64,000 nt of DNA from Eledone cirrhosa (Eukaryota), in NCBI GenBank assembly GCA_964016885.1, contig OZ024743.1, forward strand, positions 163,184,001 through 163,248,000, read 5' to 3'. The notes beneath the pieces were generated by a model that did not search any database, was not told where the DNA came from, and saw only the letters and a program-made list of their open reading frames with translations. A program made the translations under genes and the position numbers. Shown in pieces: positions 52,091 to 64,000 of the stretch (positions are counted from its first letter, which is position 1; every line of letters begins with the position of its first letter).

Positions 52091-54580
52091 TGGCTGAATA
52101 GTTGGATGTTTGGATGTACAGGTAGGTACAAGATGGGCAGCTTATGTACTTGTTTCAAGTGCTAATACTTTAGGTTTAATGATGATGTGTGTGTTGTGGT
52201 ATGTAATTGTCCATTTGACTATTTCTATAAGAGCTAAATCTGTTTGTATATATGGGTGCATGTGTTCTCTATATACCTAGGGATGCTTTTTTAGAGGTAC
52301 TAAGGTGCCTATTTCATAGTGTGTATGCACAATGAATGTTAGGAACCCTATTTCCCCACCTGGATGATGAGAAGGTCTGAAATTGAGATATGTTTTATAG
52401 ATCCGGTGTTTGCACGAAGTGACAAGTTCATCCTTTTTTATTCAATAATTGTTCCTTGGCAAACAGCATTTGGATTGTTAAAAGCATCCTCCTGTGAAGA
52501 TTTGGCCTTGGACAAGGGGCTCCATTTTAGTTCATAGGTGATATTTTTGTTGTGGAGGTTCTAAATAATGCTAGATAATGTTGTAACATTTTGCCAGGCC
52601 TGGTTTCTGAACGAATGTTGGTGTTAGTAATACTATGTCTTGAACTCACAGGCAGTTAACCTGATGTAGGCTTTGTCGGAATGCTCCATCATCATGTTGC
52701 ACTTGTAAACAATGTTACGTTGCCAGCATTTGTTGTTAAAAGGGCAAAGTGATTTATCCAAACAATTACATTACTTGGATAACATCTCACTGATTACCGA
52801 ATTATGTCTGTTAGAATGAAGTTTGGCAGTGTTCAAGGAAGCAATGATTTGTGCGAAGTTGGGTGTGGTGCTGTAAGAAAATTTAATTGTGTTTCTGTTA
52901 AAGATATTGTGGTAGCAAGTGTTTATTGAGAAGTCTGAGGAAGATCTCCTCGATTGGTGTGGTGACTTCAGCATTGTGAGGAGGATTGAACCATGTTATG
53001 TGGCATGAGCTGTGGCTCCACCTGCTGGTGCTTAGGTAATAGGTAAGTTTTTCCTTGATTCCACTTTTTTTGAGGGCCTGATTGTAGTGCGGCCCATGTT
53101 TCTTGAATATCTGCTCGTTTGCAGACAAGCGTGATATACGGAGGGAGATGTTTTTTTACCAAATTATTAGTAATATTCCATGGCTGGTTAGAGAATCGGT
53201 GGATGGAGTGTAGGTTCTCATTTGGTTTCCTGAAGGGGTAGTACAGTTTGTTTTCCAAATTTAGAGTCACGTCCAAGAAGTTTGCATAGATAAGGGTCGT
53301 TTGTAAGGTAACTCTGAAACCTAATTCACGAAAGAACTTGATGAGATGTTTACCTACCAGGTCTATATTACTGGGGCTATATCCAATAAGAGTGATGAGC
53401 CTGTCATCTCTGTACAATCCCCCTCCGAATGCAGGAAACCTTCCTATAAGCAAACGCATATCTAGGTATATATAGAACATACGCGCCAATATATACACAC
53501 AATTAGCTCTTATTGAAGTATTTGAACGGAAAGTTACATACCAAAACACACACACCATCATTAAAACTAAAGTATTGGTGCACGAAACAGGTATACAAGA
53601 TGCCCATCCTGTACCTACCTGCACATCCAACCATTCAGCCACATTAATATGTTCCCAAAGAGGCACCTTCACATAGAATTAACTCTTATTGGGGCGTTTG
53701 ACCGATCAGTAATATAACAAAACACACTCCATCATCATAACTAAATCTCTAGCTCAGGAAATAAATACATAGGCTGCTCATATTCTACCTACTTGAGCTG
53801 CACATCCAACCTTTCAGCCACATAGATATACATCCAAAGAGATATCTACCTCAACCTTTCCTACTACAGCGGTGTTAGAGTGTACACCTACTCTAGCAAT
53901 ACACTTCAGTAAAACATTCACCTTTTTGCATGCAAATAACTCCCAAGAAACCCCCCTTACATAAATACACACCCACTAAAATAATATAGGCCCTTATAAA
54001 GCATTAATATTTAGCAATTACCCATTTTACCTATTCCAATATGATACAATATCACCACTATTAACCGGTGTATATTATAGAGGCGGCATCGTATATGAAT
54101 AACACCTAACAATAGCCAGAATAATTATAACAAATTTTATTCCACTAGAAATTACCCCAATTAGTACTGGCTAATTGACCACACTGCAATACCGCATCCC
54201 TTTATCTGTATTTATTTAATATTTTTATTCTAGTTTTTTATTTTTTATATTTTATTTTATTTGTCCGACTTAAATAGGATTTATATTATTGTTTCCATCA
54301 CAGCAATTACTATCTACAACTTTTCTTTTAAAATAGTTTTGTGTAAAACCTGGTGATTCCCCTAAATTTTTTTAGAAATTCTGTCAACTGAAGAAGAACC
54401 ACAACTATACGATTGACTTACTATAGAAACTTAATGTTGATATGTGGATAAATCTTAAATATGTGTGTGCACTGCTGGATAGCTGACAGTTCCTGTTAAT
54501 GGGTACGATTCCTTGATGATCTCGTAGAATTCTTTGATATTGATGCCAATTCCATACTTAAGCCATCAGATCACGAAAGC
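52091..54580 (-). mobile_element. Penelope-like element with 5' inverted pLTR
   Basis: RT GGGLYRDD..NFLDVTLNL..SNQP, ITWFNPP, CNC..CPL GIY-YIG linker; 52091-52297 is a diverged inverted copy of 53440-53641; decayed CTGAAGA core near 54388. Confidence 0.8.
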
Positions 54581-54959
54581 ACGTCTTTAGTTGAGATACA
54601 CACACACACATCCATAATCCCCAACAGACCTCCTTGATAAAGAAAATTAGGCCCTTTCACACTATTATATATGTCTAGATAAATTAGAATACATACAGTT
54701 GACCACACACATACATATATATGAACAATCACTAAGCCAAATATGTGTATACATACAGCCACTCCCCCAACAAACCAAATACTTTTGTAAAGATTTTTCA
54801 CAACTGGGTAAAGAGTATATGCCCATATTTTGATGTCAGATTCTCTTGATGATTACAGTTTTTTCCACTGCCAAAACATCAGCGACTCAGTCTGGAAATA
54901 GCTTTTGAAACAGCAAGAGCTCAGCTGTCGGGGTCCCCATTCTTTCATATATGTGTATA

Positions 54960-55178
54960 CCATCATCATCGTTTTTATGTCCGCTTTTCCATGCTTGCAT
55001 GGGTTGGACGGGTCCTTCTCAGGACGGCTTCTCTCCACTTGTCATGTTCCTTCATCATCTCCTCTGCCAGTTTTAGCGATTTGAGGTCTGCTCTCACAAC
55101 CTCTGCCCAGGTCTTTCTTGGTTGTCCTCTATTGCAGCTTCTTTTCACTGGGATTTCCTGGCATTTCTTCACCCATCG
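54960..55178 (-). mobile_element. RTE LINE 3' fragment
   Basis: GQPRKTWAEVV..RTRPTHASMEKRT; (TGA)n tail. Confidence 0.82.
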
Positions 55179-55787
55179 GTGAAATTTTGGTTTTTAACTT
55201 TCAGCAAAGCTGGCTGTATAATCAATCAGTATGCAAATGAGGCTAATCAGTTGATGTATACATTTGAGAGTACTATGTATTCTCAGCATTTCCAGCAGGT
55301 AGCAATTAAGCAGACACTCCGAAACAATTGTTGATTGTTTTGTCTCAGCAACTGCTGGAACAAAAGGATGAAGTTGTTTATGCACCGCGTGGTGTTTTTA
55401 GAGGCTGTTTACTTGTAAACAAACCAAATATTAATATTATTATGATATTATTATAATATTATTATTATTCACTCATGAATACATTTAGGTATCCAGCACG
55501 TTAAGAGCAAAAACAAATTTTTATCCACAAAGTCCAACATACTTTATTCCCTGTCTGTCATTTGAAGTCTTCCTAAATATATGAGACAATTTATGATGTT
55601 TCTAGCTACAGAGGTTGAAGTTGTGGTGAGGAGATTCACAACTGGTCTATGTTCAATTGATCTGATTGAACCAGCCATGTATGTTTATATAACACCTAAA
55701 TCAGAAATATTCTCACCCCACCCAGACTTAAAATGTAACATGTTACCTTTAAATCAAGAAAAAATAAAATAAAATAAATTTCTTTAC

Positions 55788-56539
55788 CGATCAGCAAGAG
55801 CTGCAATAACAGCAGCATCAAGACCACCAGAAAATAGAATGGCTACAGTAGCATCTCCAAAATGAATCATTGGTATTTGAAGTTCATTTGCTGTGGACTC
55901 AGATGAAATATGTTCAGAATAATCACAACTACTATTTGTATGTGATGGAAGCAGTTCTTCTGAAACAGTAAGTTGGTCATCAGTTTGTTCCTCCACTGAC
56001 TGCAATTGTGATTTTGAATCAGCTCTACATTGCAAATTAGAAAATAAATTGACGACATCTCTTGAACATGACATCTTATGAGAATAGTTATATTTTAACA
56101 ATATGTTCGGAGACAAGTTTTTGTGACTTAATAATGAGTTTGGGATTTGATTTAAGATACGAGTTTTTACAGATTGTCCTAAAAGGTCAATTAATTTCTC
56201 AGCTTCAACATGCAAGTCCAAGTTTGACTTCAACAAAAAATCTAAATAGGAGACATCTAATTGCTCTGCCGTTGCTGATTGCTCATAGTTTGAAGGAGGT
56301 AAATCTTTGCAAATTGAAGGCAAGAAAGTGTTTGTAGTTGGTGAAGAAATTTCTGATATTTCTGAATGTAATCCAAAGATAGTATTTTTATTTGAATGCA
56401 AAACATCTTCAAGGTATTCCCCAGTGATTGGCCAAACAGCTTCTTTCCAAGGATGAACAAATATTTGGTATGGTAACGTCCCTCTTTGATTTTCAAATTT
56501 CATACGAAAAATTCCTACTGATGGAATTTCAGTGTATTT
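55788..56539 (-). CDS. ASNSD1: ASNSD1 large coding exon
   Basis: KYTEIPSVGIFRM...ATVAILFSGGLDAAVIAALADR, containing the SGGLD PP-loop of the asparagine-synthetase fold; tttttgtAG / GTaaag; 752 nt, ends in phase 2. Confidence 0.93.
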
Positions 56540-56736
56540 CTACAAAAAACAGAAAATGAAAGGAGAAAAATATATTGAATCCATGGATTCTTAATTTGTT
56601 ATAGAGTCACAGGGACATTGTCGTAACATACAATATGTCTAGAGCATTTAAAACCTGATGGAGACCATTTTGCTCCAGGTCTGAACACAGCTAATTTGTC
56701 TCAGAGAAAGAAAGTGAGAAAGGGAGATAAAGAAAG

Positions 56737-56769
<33 letters not shown>

Positions 56770-56860
56770 GAGTTAAACAAGATTCAATGAGTATATCAAA
56801 GAATGAGTTTTACAGTAGATTGGAAGCACTCTACGGGAAAATAATTTTCCAGAGTTATTA

Positions 56861-57080
56861 ATATTAAAATACAAATATTAATAAAATAGATGTTCTTTTG
56901 ATCAATTACATTTTATTATATATATTTCGGATGTACAACAGTACGTCCTCATCATCAGGGTATGTCATGTATCATTATATTTTGTCTGATGAGGACGTAC
57001 TGTTGTACATCCGAAATATGTAGAATAAAATGTAATTGATCAAAAGAACATCTATTTTATTAATATTTGTATTTTAATAT
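56861..57080. repeat. 94-bp inverted repeat, each arm with a hammerhead core
   Basis: Arms 56861-56954 / 56987-57080; CTGATGA GGACGTAC TGTT GTACATCC GAAATAT(G/A)TA; same family as the truncated copy at 3285-3333. Confidence 0.85.
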
Positions 57081-57407
57081 CATCATCGTTTAACGTCCAT
57101 CTTCCACGCTTGCATGGGTTAGGACGGGAGTTTTCCCACTTGAGGCAAGATTGGTTGTCTTGCTCGTATAGGACTGTCTGGTGGGTTTTCTATGGCTGGA
57201 TGCCCTTCCTAACACCAACCACGTTTACAGTGTGGACTGGGAGGTTTTTACCGTGTTACCTACACGGCCACATTACAGTGTGGACTGTGTGTTTTTTTTC
57301 GTGACACCTACACGACCTCATTTATTTCGGACTGGATGTTGTGGTACCAACATAACATTACATCGAAAGAGGTGGTGTAGATGGGGTTATATATATATAT
57401 ATATATA

Positions 57408-58142
57408 TAAAAGGTAAACAGAAATAACAACACAATCGGTACAGTATATGGAAGGAATATATTAGGTTAATGCTTGAATAACAAGAAGAGAGTCTTAACG
57501 TTTCGGACGCTAGTCCTTCATCAGAAGAAAGGATGAGAAATAAGATATATTGAAGGGACGGGTGGGTTGGAATTGGAAAAAATGTCTTTAGATGAAAATA
57601 ATAGGTCCATTCATGTTGACATCTCTTAGAAGATGAGGTTGGAGAGATGCATGGATGATTGGATGCATATAGGGGGGTGGAGGAAGTGCTTGAGAGTAGA
57701 ATGGAGCTGGCGGAGAAAAGATTTGAGATTGGGCATGTTGAAGGTACTAGGGTGGGAGTGAAAAATAGACAGGTGAGAAGAAGGTGGTGTAAGAAGATTG
57801 TAGTAGAGGAAAAGTGGTAGAGAGACGTGGAATACTTAAATGAAAGAAGCAAAGAAAATTTCAGTGATACGAAAGATTTCCTGGTGGAAGTTCAGGTGTA
57901 CTCCGGGTTGCTATCCAGTTTCGGGATGAAAATCCAACGAATTTGAGAGGTCCACGTAAGTGTTGATATATATATGTAAAAGGTAAACAGAAATAACAAC
58001 ACAATCGGTACAGTATATGGAAGGAATATATTAGGTTAACGCTTGAAATAGCAGAGAGCGAGTCTTAAAGTTTCGGACGCTTGTCCTTCATCAGAAGGAA
58101 GAATGAGAAATAAGATAGATTGAAGGGATGGCCGGGTTGGAA
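57408..58142 (-). mobile_element. Tandem PLE pLTR-like units with minimal hammerheads (57493-57528, 58063-58098)
   Basis: Unit start repeated at a spacing of ~570 nt; TCTT CTGATGA A GGAC TAGC GTCC GAA ACGT T AAGA. Confidence 0.7.
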
Positions 58143-58574
58143 ATATATATATATACATATAATATATACATACATTGCTTCCTCTTCCATAATTATCTAC
58201 AATTTCAAGTGCCTTACACTGCTTTATACAGTTCAATATGCATCACATGTCCATACCGCTCCAATCACGACTCCTGCACACTGCATTTGACCTCTGTTAT
58301 GTCCAAAGCACTCAGTTCAGCCTATAAAGTGGTCGTATTGGTGACACAAAAAAAAGCACTCGATCCACCCTGTAAGCTGTTGACATGATGAGAAAGTACC
58401 CACAAAAAGCACCTAACAAAGAAGGTAAGTTTTATATGTGATAGAGGCACAGGGACAGTAATCAGCATGAGTTCACAGGAAACAAGCTTTATTAAATGCT
58501 TAGAGAATTCTGTAGAAGTAAGTAGCCAGAGTGAGAACAGGATGGAAAAGGTTCAGGGAGCTACTACCATTGCT

Positions 58575-60000
58575 AACTACAAAGAGTTTTTTCCCCCAAA
58601 ATGAAAGGCAAATTGTATGATGTTTGTGTAGAAACAGCAATCTTGCGTGGCAGTGAGACCTGGACACTATGTGCTGAGGACCAATGAAGTTTGGAAAGAA
58701 ATGAAGCTTTCATGCTTCGATGGATGTGTAATAGTAGTGTACACAAAAGACAAAGCGTAAATGAACTAAGAGAGAAACTAGGCATAAGAGGGATCAGCTG
58801 CAGTGTGAAGGAAAGGAGATTGCAGTGGTATGGACTTATAATGCGTGCGGAGGATGACAAATGTATAAAAAGGTTCAGGGCGCTCAAAGTTGATGGAAGC
58901 TACAGAAGAGGAAGACCCAGAAAAACTTGAGATGAAGTGATAAAAGCTGACCTTGCACAATTGAACCTCCCAAAGGAGTTGATACAGGATCAGGCTCACT
59001 GGCGTTATGCTGTACTGCAGAAGACCCACCTTCCCATATGCACAGGATAAAACATGTAGAGGACACTAGCCTGCGACCAGCATTTCCCTTCCCCCATTCA
59101 CCTTCCCTAGTCTTAATATCCTCACCTCACCCATATCCAACTTTCATACTCCTTCCCTAGAATTAATAACCCTCACCCTCATGCACTAAAAACCCAACTC
59201 ACCTCATCCATGTCCAAGATGCATACTTCCTCTCCTCCCCACCATATATGCTCCTATTGTACCATTCTGATCATGCTCATATTACCATAGAAAGTAGGAC
59301 ACTCTCGAAATCTGCTCCCTCAACCCATAATGCTGCTGCAACAACAAAAGGACTTTGTCTACATCTCCCACCCTTCACTAGCTAAGTACCCCACCTTAGA
59401 CCTACCTTTCCAATCCCCATCCCACATACATGCACCACACACTTCCACATCTGATACACCTCTCTTGTCCAACCCATGCATACAAACACAGAAGCTGGAC
59501 ATACTCCCCCACAATGCTGTCGAAATGGTTAAAAGCTCCCAGTCCACCCTGTAATGTGGTCGTGCTGATGACTCAACAAATCCTCCTAGTCTACCATATA
59601 AGGTGCTCATCTTGGTGAACCAGCACTCAGCCCACCCTATAAGGTGGTCTTATCAGTGACTTGATAAAAAGCGCCTAGTTCACCCTGTATAGTGGTCGTG
59701 ATGGTGACACAACAAAAAGCACCTGGTCCATCCTGTAAAATGGCTGTGTTGATAACATTACAAAAAGTACCCAGTCCAACCTGTCAGTCAGTTGTATTGG
59801 TGCTATGAGAAAAAGCATCCAGTCACACTGTAAATATGGTTGGGGTTAGGAAGGGCATCTAGCCATGGAAACCAAACCAGAAACGATTCTCTATGAGCAG
59901 GACACAGTCATCTGATTGAACTTGTCTCACAACAAGGCAACTCGTGTAACCCATGCTGGCATGGATAAATGGACATTAAAAAGTGATGATGTTGATGATG
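58575..60000 (+). mobile_element. RTE LINE 3' part with tandemly expanded 3'UTR
   Basis: RTE C-terminus, then about seven ~50-nt units (AAAAGCACCCAGTCCACCCTGTAAAGTGGTCGTG-like) and a (TGA)n tail. Confidence 0.82.
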
Positions 60001-60304
60001 TGCTTCGTGTATCCTGGTTTTTTTAGACTTGTACTTAAGTTGATTTCGATGGGATTTGATCTGAGTGCATACATTTGAAACATGTACTGCAAAGCACTCT
60101 ATTTGGGTTGGATGGGTTCGCAATAGAATTCTAAAAAAAGACCCCCCCCCCCCTCCCCCACACACACACACACACTCTCTTGATATAATGTTAGCTCCAA
60201 CTCCAAATGTTCTTAAATCTAACCCCTAACAACCATTTTCTTCTATTTTCCCATGGTTAAGAAAATCCTTTCATAACGATAAGGTTCCATGTCCGATAAA
60301 ATAA

Positions 60305-62155
60305 ATATGGAGTTCCACTGAAGCAGGTAGAGAAGTTCAAGTATCTCGGGGGCCGTGTTCACGAGTGATGGAAGGCAGGAGGCTGAATTAAGTCTGCAGG
60401 GTCTGCTGCAGTAATGCACCAGCTTCAGCATTTGGTAATCAGAAGAAAGGGGGTAGGTGTAAAATATAAACTTGCTATATTCAATTTGGTATTTGTGCCA
60501 ACCAACCCTTGCCTATAGTCATGAATCTTGAGTAATAACCGAAAGAATATGATTGTAAATACAAGTGGCCAAAATGGGGTTTTTCTGAAGGGTCTTTGGA
60601 GTAACATAACTTGATAGAGTGTGTAGCTCGGAGATCAGAGAGTCACTCTAAGTAGAGCCACTACTTCTCCAATTTGAGAGATCACAGCCCAGATACTATG
60701 GGCATATGGTTAGAATGTCTCAGGAAAGAATCGCTGGACAGATTTTACGGGCAAAACCAGCTGGTAGGAGAGGCAGGGGTAGACCCCAAGCAAGATGGTT
60801 GGATAATATCCATGCGCTTGCCTGGTCTCGCTTAGAGATCCAGTTGGTTGCTTATGACAGAACCCGCTGGAAGGAGTTTTTGAAGACTTTGCCCTCACAA
60901 CCCTCTCAGAAATAAGTGGGTGAAGAAAAAGAGAAAAGAGAAGACAAGGTACTGGGGGGAGGGTTAATATAATTGACTAAAACCTTTGTAAATCAATAGA
61001 AGAATAAAAAGAATATCATTCATAACTTACATGTGAACCAACTTTGATGGAACTCAAAATGAAAGAATCCTGCAAAGATTCTGGGAGATGCCACAATAGA
61101 CTTCGTCGTCCCAAAACATCACGGCCAAACCACAGTTGCTTTTTTTCGACCTTACAAAGTAAAGGATCATTAAAAATAATTACTAAACATTTAATGAATG
61201 TATTTCTAAATTATTTACACTCTATCTCAATTAATTAAAGATTTCTTTATTAACCACAAGGGTTTTCTATCTCAATTAATTAATAAAGAAATTTTACAAA
61301 TTTTCTAAAATTATTAACTATTTCAAGATAGTAATTTAATATAAAATTAAGTTGCATATTTTTATAAGAAGTCTTTAAAATTAGTGGTTTAGTTTCATAA
61401 AGCTAGAGTTAGTTTTGGCAAGGCCTCTGGGGACGATGAAATCTGGCCCGAGATGTTAAAAGCCTTAAATAGAGAAGGTATTCTCAGGCTGACTCATGTG
61501 ACTCAGGCTGACTCATTCTCAGCCTGCACAGTGCACTCTATATGTGAATGGAGTTCCACTGAAGCAAGTGGAGAAGTTCAAGTGTCTTGGGGCTGTGTTC
61601 ACGAGTGATGAAAAGCAGGAGGCTGAATCAAGTGCAAGAATTGTAGGAGCTGGTGCAGTAATGCGCCAGTTTCAACAATTAGTAATCAGAAGAAGGGAGG
61701 TAAGTGTAAAAGACAAACTTGCTATTTTCAATTCGTATTTGTGCCAACCCTTACCTATGATCATGAATCTTGGACAATGACCGAAAGAATATGATCACAA
61801 ATACAAGGGGCTGAAATGGGATTCTTCCGAAGAGATTTTGGAGTAACATTACTCGATAGAGTGCATAGCTTGGAGATCAGAGAGTCACTCCAGGTAGAGT
61901 CACTACTTCTCCGAATTGAGAGATTACAGTTCTGATACTATGGGCAAGTGGTTAAAATATCTCAGGAAAACCAGCAAGGAGGAGATCCAGGGGTAGATCC
62001 CGAGCAAAATGGTTGGATAACATCCATGAGCTTAGTTGGTCTTTCTTGGGAATCGAGCCAGATCAGTTGGAGACAGTTACTTCTGACAGGACCCACTGGA
62101 AGGAGTGTTTGAGGACTCTGCCCCAACGATGCTCTCAGGAATAAGTGGGCAAAGA
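60305..62155 (+). mobile_element. Two decayed RTE/Expander-like LINE fragments flanking an ASNSD1 exon (60305-60920, 61420-62155)
   Basis: VEKFKYLG..FTSDG.QEAE..GRRGRGRPQARWLD; related minus-strand pieces at 48600-48940 and 51630-51840. Confidence 0.75.
61031..61150 (-). CDS. ASNSD1: ASNSD1 coding exon
   Basis: VEKKQLWFGRDVLGRRSLLWHLPESLQDSFILSSIKVGSH (WFGRDxxGRRSLLW motif); tttgtaAG / GTaagt; 120 nt. Confidence 0.93.
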
Positions 62156-62543
62156 AGATTGCCAATAGTTTTCAATTATTTTTGAAAATTATCAAGCGAT
62201 TTATAACTAACTTTCTCATTATTAATTTGGTGTCTGGAACAATAGTTCAGAAAAGGTTTTTACATAAAATTATATCAAAGGGTTTAAATTTTAAAATTAA
62301 ATCAAGGCAGATTAGTTTCAAAAGGGTTAAAAAGGAGTAAAAGTTGTTTTTGTTGTTTAACCATGTTGACCCTGATAAAGCAGACCTATGACCATAAAAG
62401 GCAATATACTTAAGATTACATTATCTGATTATCATTTAAGACAGGGGTCTGTGTTTTGAGGGAGACATAACTGCTCTTTCAAGAGATAGCTTAAATTTAG
62501 TGAAAGAGTATTGGTGTTTGCAAATATAAACTAATTCACTAAC

Positions 62544-62666
62544 TTGCCAATAGATAAAAGCCCAAGGCCCTTGTAGATGAGAGAATGTAGATAAGGTGTC
62601 TTCATCTGTGTGACAATAGGACAGTGCTGTTAATAATGCTTCAGTGTCATTGTCATCTTTTTGTAA
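62544..62666 (-). CDS. ASNSD1: ASNSD1 coding exon
   Basis: LQKDDNDTEALL...HLQGPWAFIYWQ (ASNSD1 NDT and QGPWxFIY motifs); ttttcAG / GTtagt; 123 nt, phase 0/0. Confidence 0.93.
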
Positions 62667-63047
62667 CTGAAAAGGAAAAGAGGTTAGAATGGTTAGGGAA
62701 AGCCAGTACAGTGCAAGTTAGAATATTTTGAGTGAAAATGAGTGTAAAGTAAGTCAAACAACAGCTCTCAGGTTTGATCTTACTTGATGACAACTTGGGA
62801 AAGTGTCATTTACAATGGTCTGGGGTTGATACAAACCTTATCAATGAAATTAGGTCAGTACTTATAAACCAAACAGCCAACCTTGTCACACATTGTGTCA
62901 TGCTGAAGAGTACACGTGTGTGGAATGATCAGTCAATTACATGATAATTGCATGAGCAGGTTGTTTCATTGACTGAAACAACTGGAATGCTGACTGTGGA
63001 AACTGACAGAGGTCCAGTCCATTTCATGGTAGGGTATAACAACTCAC

Positions 63048-63248
63048 CTGGGGTAAACCATCAAATATCTCTCCATTCCACAACAATATGTTGCCATTTT
63101 GGTCAGCTAATGGTTGTATGGTCAGTTGACCTCTCAGGTGAAGAACGAAGCCATACAGGGTTGCACTGACCTCCTCAGATACATTGACCGATGTCCAATT
63201 GCAAGCATCTGGACCACGATTACTTATTTGGGATTGCAAAACCAAACT
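63048..63248 (-). CDS. ASNSD1: ASNSD1 coding exon (first in window; N-terminal glutamine amidotransferase-like domain)
   Basis: Translates [16 protein letters not shown]...[33 protein letters not shown], matching the ASNSD1 RGP / LHLRG / WNGEIF motifs. Acceptor ctcctgacAG, donor GTgagt; 201 nt, phase 0/0. The MCGI start exon is not seen in the window. Confidence 0.93.
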
Positions 63249-63754
63249 CTGTCAGGAGAAACAAATATATATTCATATATATAATTATGTATGTGCATGT
63301 GTAGAGGGGGGATTCCAAAGCTTAAGTTTTGGAATCACCCCTTAACAAAAACTAGCATTGCCACTGACAACGAGAAATGTTTCATTACTGATGATTTCAA
63401 ATAAATGAAAATGTTCTAGTTTTCTAGAAGTCATTTCTATTTGAAATAAATGATGTACTTTCTCTACTTAATGTACTGAGTATGATATCTAACTGTGGTC
63501 TCTTTCCATTCTCCTATAGAAAATCTTTCTTTACATCATCATCGGTTTACATCTTTCATGTTGGAATGGTTTGAAATAATGTTGTACAGGTGGACACTTT
63601 TTCTGATGTCAACCTTTTAGTCATATGCAGTGATACAGTGTACCTACAGTAATGCACCAGCTTCAGAATTTGGTAATCAGAAGGAAGATAGCTGCAAAAG
63701 CCAAACTCATTATCTTCAATTCAGTATTTGTGCCGCCCCTCATGAATTCATTTC

Positions 63755-64000
63755 ATTTTACGTCCGCTTTTTCCCTGCTTGCAAGGGAGGGACGGGAACT
63801 GATTTTGGCTTGATTTCTACAGCTGGATGCCCTTCCTAACACCAACCTCATTTACAGTGAGTGCTGGGTGCTTTTTTGCCGTGGCACCTCCACGACCACT
63901 TTACAGTGGAATGATAGGGACCCCAGTCCCTATCATCTCATTTCTACAGCTGAGTAAACTGGAGCAATGTGAAATAAAGTGTCTTGCTCAAGGAAACAAC
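63755..64000 (-). mobile_element. SINE family 2 with RTE tail (runs off the window)
   Basis: Reverse complement nearly identical to 29425-29665. Confidence 0.82.

Noticed and set aside
57358-57852. 164-aa minus-strand ORF
   Set aside because: Low-complexity pyrimidine-rich pLTR sequence overlapping the hammerhead; no protein motif.
59500-59860. Regularly spaced ~50-nt repeats resembling a CRISPR array
   Set aside because: Degenerate tandem units of the RTE 3'UTR in eukaryotic DNA; no unique spacers or cas genes.

Overview
AT-rich, repeat-dense animal genomic DNA. The abundant (TA)n/(TG)n tracts, RTE LINEs, tRNA-derived SINEs and Penelope-like elements (PLEs) suggest a coleoid cephalopod such as an octopus; this is an inference. 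One host gene is present: ASNSD1 on the minus strand. I reconstructed 12 GT-AG coding exons with consistent phases from 63248 down to the stop at 28711 (672 aa in the window); the first coding exon lies beyond the right edge. The rest is a mosaic of decayed mobile elements: RTE LINEs with a PHD-type finger inside the RT, PLE fragments, Helitrons, Merlin-, piggyBac- and Tigger-like MITEs, Tx1, R4/Dong and Ingi-like LINEs, and SINEs. The most unusual signals are (i) more than a dozen type I hammerhead-ribozyme-like motifs from several unrelated families, many with non-canonical cores or long helix II insertions, mostly in tandem or inverted PLE pseudo-LTRs, and (ii) a dispersed element carrying a short Myb/SANT-like ORF under apparent purifying selection, followed on the same strand by a hammerhead motif. 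All folds and alignments were done by eye and need computational and biochemical confirmation.
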